From contig CAJINV010000010.1 of the NCBI GenBank assembly GCA_905178155.1, positions 997,837 to 1,034,555 of the forward strand: DNA of 36,719 nucleotides. Direction: 5' to 3'. Made by a program: the position numbers and the translations under genes. The notes under the pieces are model-generated. The model did not search any database and was not told the origin of the DNA. It saw nothing but the letters and a program-made list of their open reading frames with translations. Positions 20,059 through 30,370 of this stretch are shown here, in pieces (positions within the stretch are counted from its first letter, which is position 1; the number at the start of each line of letters is the position of its first letter). This DNA comes from Amoebophrya sp. A120 (lineage: Eukaryota > Protista > Dinoflagellata).

Positions 20059-23000
20059 ATGGCAGAAACAAGGAGGCCCGCCTCGACGTCCCCAGAAGCG
20101 GAAGAGGAAGTTAGCGGATCGCAGGAGGACGAGCAGCAGGCCAGGAGCAGAACGCATGAACGGAGTGGAGCAGAGACGCAGAACTATAGCTCGAGCGTTG
20201 TTCTGTCCGGAGAGGACGAGGTGCTCCCCGAGGAAGAAGATCCGTCACAGGGAGGTAATGTTAATGTTTCTGGAACAAATCAAAACAAGTGCCGGTTTTG
20301 TCTCTCTGGCGAGGAGGATGGGGAGTTGTTCACGCCCTGCGGCTATCAAATGTAAAAATGTCTGGGTCTGGAAGAATGCATGTTTGTCATACTTGTCTGG
20401 CATGACTATTAAATCTGTCATGCACGTTGCCCAAGAGCCGCATTTTTCTGCCATGCGGAGACGCAATTTGTCATGCAGAATAGGCAACACCTACAAGCTC
20501 AGAAATTTGTCATGCTGAGCCAGCACTTGTGGCCTCTTCATGCTACGCCACTCAGCATCACAAGTTTCCAGATCCAGACATTTTTGCAGTTGATAGCGGC
20601 TGCCTCGGAAGCAGCAAGTACGTGCACCTGCACTGTCTCCGCGCGTGGCAGCGCACGGTCCAGCTCCAGATGCGCGACGACGGGCCGGCCGCGGGTCGTG
20701 CAGAAGGCCGGGGAGGGGGCAACGCTGCGGCCGGGGAGAGGGAAAACGAAAATGACGCGAACATCAATGTGGGGCCAGGAACTACTCCTGGAGAGGAGCC
20801 ACGACCCCGGGAACAAGAGGTAGAAGAGCAGAACAAGGAACAGCGGCACGAGAGATGCTCGCTCTGTCTGCAAAAGTTTCAGCCCGGATTTGAGCCCCTG
20901 TCGCGGTCTATCAAATGCAAATATGTCTGGGTCTGGAAGAATGCAAAACTTGTCATGCGAATTTTACGTGACCCACACCCATGACGCCTGTAATGCATAA
21001 TATAGCATCGCAGATTTTTAGAGGGCTTCCTGATCCCTATTGCGTATGAGAAACAAATGCCCTCTCAATGTAGCACAAACTGGACCCCTCTTGCTGGGTA
21101 TGCAATACAGATTTTTTGAGAGTGAAGAGACACCATCACAAGTTGCATCCTTCCAGACCCAGACATATTTGCAATGCATACGGTCGGAGTTTCTGCAAGA
21201 CCTGTGTAAGAAAACAGAGCAGGACTTCGACATCGGGACGCTGTTCGTACACGAGCGGGAGCGGGGTAGGAATTTGAGGCTGCAGTCATTGCCGTTCATG
21301 CTGCGGGTCATTGTGGAAATGAAGCACCAGCACTTCCGGAACGCGTGTTACCTATTAGTTATCAAATGTAAAAATGTCTGGGTCTGGAAGAATGCAACTT
21401 GTCATGCTAAATCTGAAGCATGTAAAAATCTGTGTTGGATGTGCATGATTACCAAAAGTCGCCCAGTTTTGACCAAGTCGGGAGGGAGTTTCTCACGCAG
21501 GATAGGCATGAGAAAGATCGCACAGAATCTGTCATGCTAGGTCCTGCATTCCAGACCTCATGGGTCATGGAAAATCTGCATGACAAATCTCACATTCTTC
21601 CAGACCCAGACATTTTTACACTTGATATTAGTGGATGAGGAGCAAAATGAGGCGGAAAGCAGTACGCCCGTGGGGACAAAAACTACCACGATTGGGAACA
21701 ACGTCGATAAAACTAGTGAACGCGCGAAGCGAAAGGTGATCGGTTTTAACTTGGTACGCCCGATCTCCCTGACGCCGGACGAATTATCCTGAGAAAGAAG
21801 TGTCACAGTTCAGTTGCGCACTCTGACCGAAGACAAGCAAGACAGACAACCTATGTCATGCAGGAAATGCTTGCCAGCCTGCCTCATTTCATTCTTGTTT
21901 TCGCTTATAGTCTCCTGCGCATCACAGGTTTTCTTTGCCATGTCGAGCAACTTTGTGATGCAGAAACTCCAACAGGTGTGTAACTGTAACACTTTGTTCC
22001 TGTGATACGAATGGAACCTGAAATACTCGTCGCTCCGGGACTTCATCAGCGAAAAACCCAGCATCAAGGTCTACGTGCTGGCTATCGCAAGAAAAAACTG
22101 TTTCACTGTGAATTTGTGATGCAGAAAATGGAACACAGAACTCTTTGCCTTGCTACACCTGCAAGGCGTTGGATTTTCAAGCGGGTTTTCCCTTGGGAAG
22201 CGCGCATGACAAATTTTCAGTGTCATGCGTAGAAAATTGTGATGCAGATCCTGCAAAGTCATCACAGTGAACCAGTTTTTTCGTGGGATACTGGCCGGCG
22301 GCCCCTGCCATCCACGGGCCGCGAAGGGACTGGCTGTTTTAGACCGGGAATTGCTGCAGGCTGAGTTCAACAAGTTTGGTCTACATGGTGCGGGCGGGGG
22401 ACGAGGAGAGAACTCCACCTCGTCCTTTCGGCAACAAATCGTGCTGAAACAGTTATTGGACTATTTTGTAGTCGATAATATAGGTCCTGTTCCACCTGCA
22501 CCGGCGGAGCAGGGAGTAGGAGTGGAGAAGATACGCATTGGAAATTTTTTTTATATATATGTCTGGGTTTGTTTTGTGTGGAATATTGCAAGACACTTCT
22601 AAAATTGCTGGGCTCGTCGCAGGACCACACTGGATTCTGTGATGCGTGTTTCTGCGCATGATCCGCATGAGAGCATGAAAATTTTCCAGACCCAAACATA
22701 GAATTTGCGTTCGATAGAAAAAAGATGCTGCTCCAGCTAGTAGTTCTACGTCTTCGAGCGCTTCCACTCGCGGCGAGGCGGGCGGTGAACAAAGCTGCAG
22801 CTCCGAAACAAGAACTGTAAAAATATCTTCCTCGCCGTCCTTGTGTACTTCAACTTCTAAGGAAGAACCCACGTCGTCGTCGTCGTTGTGGTCCTCCACC
22901 CACGGCCCGCGCGGTTGGATCCCGTGCAAGGCCATTGCCGCAATCACAGAAGCAGCAGGGCGGGAGCGAGGTTTTCCATCTCCAGAGGAGATACATGAAA

Positions 23001-23695
23001 AGATGAATCAACAGGATGAACTAATTGTACAACCACCTCAAGAATTGATTCCTGCAAGGAACAACTACAGCGAGGATGAAACTAGAAACGAAGCAGCAGG
23101 GAAGGAGGTGAAAACGAGGATATTAAGCGAGCGCGAAGTTTTCCATCTCCGCGTAGTCGAAGTGGACTTCACTAAAAATCGGCTACTAGTCTACGCCACC
23201 GACTTTCACCACTTCATGAACCTGCACGGCCTGCGCAACAGCGTGCGTGACTATCTCGCGCTAGTCTTGGGACAGGCGGAGTGGGACAGCACCCAACTAT
23301 TGGGAGAGTATTGCAAGGGAAACTGGGGTCTACTACAACAACACCCGATAGAATTACGTCGAAACAGCACGAATGATGGTAATGGCGAAGCAGAGGGACG
23401 CGAGCGTGTCGTGGCTGCTGCTGTGAAGAGTACTACAGAAAAGACATTCCGCAGAAACGACTGCAACTTTTTCCGGAACAATCTGAATACCATCCTGCCT
23501 GCGAACGTGTTTGACGCACTGGAGCCAAAGTCTCGGTTCACGGAGGCAAACGAGATGCAGGCACAGCATGCCAGGGACCGCCAACTGGGGCAGACTATGG
23601 GGGAGAACGCAGAGGCAGTACCGTATGAAGACCCGGGAATCATGCGGATGGCGAGACAGCTGGAACAGCAAGTCAGAAATCGGGCGCCGGACTAG
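20059..23695 (+). CDS. Spliced gene, ~732 aa: RING-CH (RINGv, MARCH-type) zinc finger fused to a DUF179/AlgH/YqgE-like domain; putative E3 ubiquitin ligase
   Basis: Exons 20059-20343, 20601-20908, 21186-21359, 21633-21784, 22013-22082, 22296-22531, 22722-23695, giving a 2199-nt open frame. CRFC..PCGCLGSSKYVHLHCLRAW..CSLC is a C4HC3 finger. GFNLVRP, VYVLAGGP and LVLGQAEWDSTQLLGEYCKGNW resemble DUF179 motifs. Confidence 0.85.
20344..20595. mobile_element. Introner family B, 252 bp
   Basis: DR GCGGC/GCGGC; splits the RING motif PCG|C. Confidence 0.93.
20909..21180. mobile_element. Introner family B, 272 bp
   Basis: DR CGGTC/CGGTC; family B TIRs. Confidence 0.93.
21360..21627. mobile_element. 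Introner family B, 268 bp
   Basis: DR TTAGT/TTAGT; family B TIRs. Confidence 0.93.
21785..22007. mobile_element. Introner family G, 223 bp
   Basis: TIR core AAGTGT.ACAGTT; DR CGAAT/CGAAT; relative at 28369. Confidence 0.92.
22083..22290. mobile_element. Introner family D, 208 bp
   Basis: DR CTGGC/CTGGC; family D TIRs. Confidence 0.92.
22532..22716. mobile_element. Degenerate family B-like introner, 185 bp
   Basis: TATGTCTGGGT / ACCCAAACATA; DR GAAGA/GAAAA; frame restored. Confidence 0.8.
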
Positions 23696-24526
23696 ACTTG
23701 TGAATGTATTATTAAATAGTTCTAACACATCGCTCACGATCATCTGGAATTTTGAACCGCCGATGAAATAAGAACCCGGAAGAACAAGAAGATCATGCTG
23801 CTAGTTCTTCATTGCGCGGACATATTTTCAGGTAGTAGCCAAGAAGATCGAAGATGCGCGGGACCACGGACGAGTGTCAGCACCAAACTGGAACAAATCC
23901 GCATGATTTCATCTATTGTGACGTTGAGTTCTTGTTGCAAGATCCTACGCCGCGCCCTGGTTTTTCGAGCGGGTGGAGGCGATGAGAACACCTACTTTTT
24001 CGACCGTTGTTTCTGGGATTCTTTTCTGTCCTTGAGTGAGAGAGACGCCAGTTTATAATTTTGTGTGCAGTTTTCGTTTTGTAAGTTGTTCTGTTTCTTT
24101 CCTTTCTCTGAGGGAGGCCTGCTTGACGGGAGAGAGAAAGGTTTGCGCATGCAGCTCTGCTAAAAGGTTCCTAGAGCGACGCTGAGGTAGGTAGAGGGAG
24201 ATAGCACTTTAACCTGCGTTGTTTCCTGCCTTCTATTTACAGAGTTGTGAATCTTCCTCCTGTCCAGCTAAATCGATGGAGTACTATAAATTTTTTTTCC
24301 TTCTTCCATTGTTCAACGCACATCCGAAATTTTTTTTGATTCAAGTACTTGCAGCACCCACACTTAAATGAACGAGTAGTGACGTTTAATATTTCGTCGT
24401 GTGTGCTTGTACTGCCGCAAAGAAACTACAAATAGCAGGCGCCAAGCTTTGTCGAGCAAGAGCTCGTCTTTTGCGCACCCCGCGGCTGCCCTACTCGACG
24501 GTGGCCACGTTATTTGAGGACATATA

Positions 24527-25217
24527 CTAGCCAACAATGCTCGCCTCCCTCTTCGCCGTTTCTTTCAACGACTGCTTCGTCGGGTTCCTCCTCGTGAAGC
24601 TAACCATGCTGCTGTATCAAAATGAAAAATCCCTCTCCCCAACATATCAAAACGGAAATTTGCGATGCTGATTTGTGACCACAAATCAGCTTTGTATTGC
24701 AGAGAGGCACTGCGGCCAGATCCCCGGGCTAGGTAGGGGCGTATGGGTCTAGTAGTTCAGCATGGCAAACGGCCCCCCTTTAGGCCCACCAGCATGACAA
24801 ATCGCTTCCATAATGGGGCGGAGGCTTCTGCCCTTGTCTTCTTGCAAGACAGACGTGATCTGTGTCCTCAAATCTGCAACGCAAATTCTTGGAAACATAC
24901 CGTTTCAATATGGGGAGGGGGGATTTTTCCTCTCAGTATGTTGATGTGTGAAGCGCGGAAAAGTTTGCGGCTCCCGGACGCCCGAGTCAGGAAATTGTTG
25001 TGGGACAGTTGCTATCCCGTGCAAAAGTATCGTGCTAGTATGAATTGCATCACTAATTCGCTCAAGTACAGAATTTCAATTTGTCATGCTACTTTGGGTA
25101 GAAAGTTGGGTTTGTAATGCATGCTCGCAATCACTACGAGTACGATGCTTTTGCACTGCATAGTTGCTTGTCACTTCGGGACTCACCGCCGATAATGTAG
25201 TACGTCGTGAACATCAT
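24527..25217 (-). CDS. Small two-intron hypothetical gene (~68 aa); strand uncertain
   Basis: Removing elements 24615-24938 and 25013-25162 (+5 bp each) gives MMFTTYYIIGGESRSDKQLSHNNFLTRASGSRKLF..EASIVG* on the minus strand. A 59-aa plus-strand frame (24537-25200) is also open. No recognisable motif. Confidence 0.4.
24615..24938. mobile_element. Introner family C, 324 bp
   Basis: DR TGCTG/TGTTG; reverse orientation relative to the copy at 2013. Confidence 0.9.
25013..25162. mobile_element. Introner family A, 150 bp
   Basis: DR GTTGC/GTTGC; family A TIRs. Confidence 0.92.
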
Positions 25218-25396
25218 TATATCAACTTCTACACGAGCTGCCGCTCATTTTCAACGAACTCTCTCTCTGCAGGAGACACGCACACGGCCGCATCTTATTC
25301 GCGACAGGTAGTTGTGCCCCGCGCACCAAGTAATTAAAAGACAGCAAAAATCGGGTGAAGACGATATTACGTCGGAAATAAAAGTAAAACAACCAC

Positions 25397-28300
25397 ATGA
25401 CGACTGGCGCAGCGGTAAAACAATCAGAGTTTCCATCTGTGATGTCGGGGAAAAGGTACGATGAACATCCACTCCCGGCGGACCAGAACGTGGTCATTGG
25501 AAGGGTAATCACGACGAGCGGGCTCCTCATCGACGGCAGAGCAGCTAGTACAGGAAACGACAAAAACTACTCCCATAGCACTACCACGACCGCTTTGGGC
25601 AGCAGCGCACACGAGAATCGCAAAATGAGTTCAACACCTACTACAGCTAGAAGGACGAAGGAGAAGCTGTATCAGGCCTCCCTCGGATATATGCATTGCA
25701 AAAATGTCTGGGTCTGGAAGGATGCAAGGTCTGTCATGCTTGTCTGGCATGAGTAAAGAGCTTGCAATGCGTGTCCAAGAAAAGACTCTTTTGCTTGTCA
25801 TGCAAAAACGCAGTTTGTCATGCGAAAACTGCAACACAAAGCCTCGCAAATTTTTTCTCATGCTTGCCTGTGCATTAGACAGCATTCACGTATTCACAGC
25901 CCAGCATTACAAGTGTCCAGACCCAGACATATTGGCATTTGATAAGCAACGCCGTGTCCTTCGCGTTTTTCGCTTGTTGGGTGCGGTTTCTCACCCTGTA
26001 CTTCCTTTCCATATCCTGCTCGGCCAGCCAGATCGGGCTGCTCGTGTCATCCGGGAAACTGACCACCATGCTGACCGGCCCCATCGGCGCTTACCTGGCA
26101 GACAAATCACGGGAGGCGAAGCTGGTTTTGCTGTTTTCCATCGGGTTTAGCATGCTGAGTTTCGCAGCAATCCCCCTGACGGTGGTGGACGCGAGCCAAA
26201 GTTTCTATCCGGAGCACTTAGAATTATACCGACACCGTACTAATTTATTTTACAATTTCAACTCTGCTATACAGTTACATCAGAAACATACAGTCAAGAA
26301 GTTTTGGGTAAAAATATTGCGCATGACATCAACAAGTCCGGAGTTGTCGGTAGATACGTTTTTCAACGGCACACTATCGGCACCTTGTTCTTTCTCTATG
26401 TGACCTTCAACATCCTCCGGGCGCCGCAGGGTTCGCTTTTGGACGCTCTGATTCTTGAAATGTCGGAAAAAGATAGGGATGTGTGGTCGAAGAGCCGCAT
26501 GTGGGGCGCAATCAGCTGGGGCGCGACACACGTGGTGCTTGGGTTCATGCTAAGCCATTCAAACGGAAGCTTTCTTCCGATGTGGGGTGGGTATCAGGTA
26601 TAGATATGGAAGATTTCTAACTCGATCTGTGATGTGTGTACTAACTTCTACTGAAAATAACCTCTTTATTAATAAACAAACAGCTAATTGGCCTGCTTTT
26701 TCTCTATACGGGCAAGAAACTGTTCCCAAAACACGCGGGGAAGGATATCAAAAGACAAAAATCCCACCTCCCCATATCGAAAACGAAATTTGTGATGCTG
26801 TATTTGAGTACACCAATCGATTTGTAATGCTAGAAGGCCAAGCACCGCAGTTGTGGCCTCGTTTGCAGGCAATTTGTCATGCTGTTTCCCACTTCCAGCT
26901 GCCTCCTTTCGTGCTAAAGATGCAAGGCCTTGTTCCCTTCCCACGACACCCAGAACTACAGTCCGCATCTTTTCCCTTCTAGCATAACAAAGCTGGTCTG
27001 TGGCCACAAATCTGCATCACAGATTTCCTTTTGGATATGGGGTGGGGGGATTTTTCTTGTTCATAAAGGACTCGGCTCCGGTGAACTACGACCTCCTGAC
27101 CCAAATGGTGAAACAGCGGAAAGTATGCATTGCAAAAGTATCGTACTCGTTGTAATTGCATGCCCGCATTACAAATTTTTTTCTTAAGTTGAATCCGCAT
27201 TACAAATTTCATTTCTCATGCTGAGAAAATTTGTGATGCAATTCATACTAGTACGATGCTTTTGCACTGCATAGAAAGTCTTTTTTCTCAATCTGACCAT
27301 GATTGGCGGGGGGTTTTCGCTCGTGGAAGCCATGTTGTTTCTCGCGTTAGATGAATTGAACGCGACTCCGCTCCTGTATAACCTGCTCAGGTGATACACT
27401 CTCAAACGTTACAATAGAATCTGGAATTTGTGTTGCAAGAATTGCATACTCTAGCCAACTCTCATAGGACGATTGCGCATGACAAGTTCTGGAGTCCTAA
27501 TCCTCACTACAATCTGGCGAAATTTGTATTGCAGAAAGTGGAATGGTCTGCGAGTCTGTCATGCTCATTATGCAGGACAAATCCCAGACTCTATTGTAAC
27601 GTTTGAGATTGTATCGTTTGAGCAGGTCATATCCTGTGCGGCATGAGTGTTTTGACCACGGTGATTTTCGAGCTACCGATTTTCTACTACGGGGAATACC
27701 TGCTCGAAACGCCTATGGACTGCAAATATGTCTGGGTCCTCTGGGGGATTGCGAGGTTTGTCATGCTAGTCTGGCATGACTCTGAGTTCTGTATTGCGTT
27801 GCCGCAAAGAGCTCCTCTTGCCTGTCATGCAAAAACGCAGTTTCTATTTCTAATGCGGGGCACGCAACTCAGAACCACGGAAAAACTTGTCATGCTTGGC
27901 AGTGCATTACAGTGTACTCACTGCAGTTCCATCAATTGCATCACAAGTAGTTTCCAGACCCAGTCCCAGACATATTTGCATTTGATAACGCTCGGTGCGA
28001 AGCAAATGATCCTCCTCGGACAAGCCGCTTGGGTGTTCCGCGCCATCTTCTACGCCTGGATGCTATCAACTGCAAATATGTCTGGGTCTGGAAGGAACCT
28101 GTGATGCTGTGTTGCGCATGACTGCAACTACGCTTGCAATTGCAGCCGAGCATGACAAACTTTCGGACCGCTTTCTGCTGCCTGACGCGCATTACAAAAT
28201 GCGTTTTTGCCTAACAAGGGAAGCTGCTGCTCACTTGTTGCTCATGCAACACAGATTTTCCAGGAATGCAAGGCACGCAAGACAAGTTCCACCTTTTCAG

Positions 28301-29534
28301 ACCCAGGCGTATTTGCAATGCATAGATGCCCAAGGCGGACTACGTGCTGCTCGTGGAACCGCTTCACGTATCGTGAGAAAAAAGTGTTACAGTTACACGC
28401 TCTGATGCAAGATAGCAAGACAGACAACCTCTGTCATGCAGGAAATGCCAGCCAGCCTCATTTCGTTCGTGTTTTCCCTTATAGTCTGCGCATCACAAGT
28501 TTTGCTTGCCATGCAGAGCAACTTTGTCATGCTGAAACTCCAACAAATGTGTAACTGTATACACTTTTTTCCTGTGATATCACGGCGTCACCTTCGCCCT
28601 GGTGTTCATCGCGGCCGTCCAGGAGACGAACAAACTCGCTCCAGACGGCATGAAATCCTCCGCGCAGGCGGTGTTGGGATTTACCTTCGGAGGTATAGGT
28701 CCTTGCGTCGTCGTTTTCCTCGGGGGCCTGTTGTTTGACTGGATCGGCTATGCATTGCAAATCTGTCTAGGTCTGGGTACTTGTGATGCAAGCAAGGGAA
28801 GACGAAGAGCGAGCGCACTGTTGTAATGTGCTCCCCAGCATGACAAGTTTTTCCGTGGTTCAGAGTTGCGTACTGCGCATGAGAAACTCCGTTTTTACAT
28901 GACAGACGAGAGGAGCCCTTCCCGGGCACGCAATACACAGTTCAGAGTCATGCCAGACTAGCATGTTGACAAATCTCGCAATCTCCCAGACCCAGACATA
29001 TTTGCATTTGATATCGGCTACAAAAAATCGTTTTTCGGGTTCGCGATACTGGTGCTGGCGAGCATGGGCGTGTATTACTTCGCGAGAGAGGAGGAAAACG
29101 AAAATGACGTGGAAATAGGACGAGCAATACCCGTAGCTGTCGAAAGTGCGGAAAGCGCTCTTGAAGATAGCAACATGACTAGTTCATCTCGGCAAGTTGT
29201 GCAACTCGAAGATGCGCAACACCTTCACGGGGGCAGCCACGACTTTGAACTCGAAGTTGAGGAAACCATCGCCAGTCCTGCGGTCCGTGAGCGCGGCAGA
29301 GAAGAAGACGATGTCGAATCAATGACCCCGACCAACTTTGGAAAAACTACTTCCGCGAAAAAGAAGCACCAAAATAAACTACAGCAACAACAGCACCTCG
29401 TCCGCACGACAAGCAGCGGGGTGAAGGCGAGTTACCAAAGAGCGGACTCGTCAAGTCCGGAGAAAGAGTTGTACGATAACAGGAGGGGCGGTAGGACATC
29501 ACCAGGTGGAGAAGGTACAACTAGTGTGGAGTAA
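25397..29534 (+). CDS. Spliced gene, ~627 aa: major facilitator superfamily transporter, MFSD6/MFS_1_like type
   Basis: Exons 25397-25689, 25950-26224, 26362-26597, 26684-26745, 27071-27123, 27279-27376, 27637-27713, 27993-28063, 28330-28368, 28585-28748, 29019-29534, giving a 1884-nt open frame. Many hydrophobic helices; motifs GAYLADK, WSKSRMWGAISWG, FELPIFYYG, VEPLHGVTFAL, APDGMKSSAQA, GGLLFD. Confidence 0.88.
25690..25944. mobile_element. Introner family B, 255 bp
   Basis: Family B TIRs; the DR has decayed (GGATA/AGCAA) but +5 removal restores the frame. Confidence 0.88.
26225..26356. mobile_element. Old, degenerate introner, ~132 bp
   Basis: Residual IR TACCGACA/TGTCGGTA with TA ends; DR decayed (AGAAT/CGTTT); +5 removal restores the frame. 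Boundaries are less certain. Confidence 0.55.
26598..26683 (+). other. Canonical GT-AG intron, 86 bp, with a TACTAAC branch-point-like word at 26639-26645
   Basis: CAG|GTATAG..AAACAG|CTA; phase 0; AT-rich. Confidence 0.85.
26746..27065. mobile_element. Introner family C, 320 bp
   Basis: DR AAGGA/AAGGA; family C TIRs. Confidence 0.92.
27124..27273. mobile_element. Introner family A, 150 bp
   Basis: DR GAAAG/GAAAG; family A TIRs. Confidence 0.93.
27377..27631. mobile_element. Introner family H, 255 bp, ~55-bp TIR
   Basis: TAT.ACCTGCTCA..GATACA.TCTCAAACGTTACAATAGA; DR TCCTG/TCCTG. Confidence 0.92.
27714..27987. mobile_element. Introner family B, 274 bp
   Basis: DR ACGCC/ACGCT; family B TIRs. 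Confidence 0.9.
28064..28324. mobile_element. Introner family B, 261 bp
   Basis: DR GATGC/GATGC; family B TIRs. Confidence 0.92.
28369..28579. mobile_element. Introner family G, 211 bp
   Basis: DR TCACG/TCACG; splits EPLH|G. Confidence 0.92.
28749..29013. mobile_element. Introner family B, 265 bp
   Basis: DR TCGGC/TCGGC; reverse-oriented relative of 27714. Confidence 0.92.
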
Positions 29535-30370
29535 CCTGCTGTTCACCGACTGCACGTGTTATTTGTCCGGTTCAATAGGAGAAGTAGATTCTCGGGCTTT
29601 ATTCTCATCTCATTACCTCTCCACATCCGTCGAAAATATTAAGCGGCTTTCACTTTATTGCTATTCGGCATGTTTGACTTTTTGGACACAAACCGCCCTC
29701 GCGCCCCCCCTCTGAAGTTTTCTATTGAAATTTCAATTTGTGAAAATTTGTTGTCATGCAGTACTTGTACTATTTCCCCTTCGGTAGTACAAGCTAGCAG
29801 ATGAGAGCTTTTCAACAATCCTGGTCCTGTACAATCAGACTCACTCAGATTCTGTTGTTTCGGTTTCATCTGTATCTTCGGAGAATTTCAGCCGTGACCG
29901 CGTACAATGGCAGTGCGTTTTTATCTCGACATCGAAAACGAAAAGAATGGCACCGTTGACCTGATAGTTTCTATTCAGCCTCCCGCCGTGTTTCACAATA
30001 AAGATGAACAAGTCTCATCAACGACAAGTACCTCGGTGCCAACATCTCAAATCAAGTCTTATTTCTGTAGTTTGTGTAGCTTGTTTATGTTTCACAACGC
30101 GATTTCTTGTGGATGGCGATGGTGTCGTCATATTTCCTTCCTTCGGTCGACGGTACACTCTGCTTGAAACTGCCCGGACTTCGTTCTCTTTGATCATTCT
30201 AAAGCTAAGAGTGCAACAAGAGCTAACTACGCTCGACTCGCAGTTGCGGTCACTTCGGTGTTGGCATTCTTATATGCTTCGAACAAACTAAGTAGCATGA
30301 TGTAGTTGCAACAATATTTATTAGAAGACGACTCGTACATCTTTGTCTTTCAAGAGTTGTTTACATCAAG

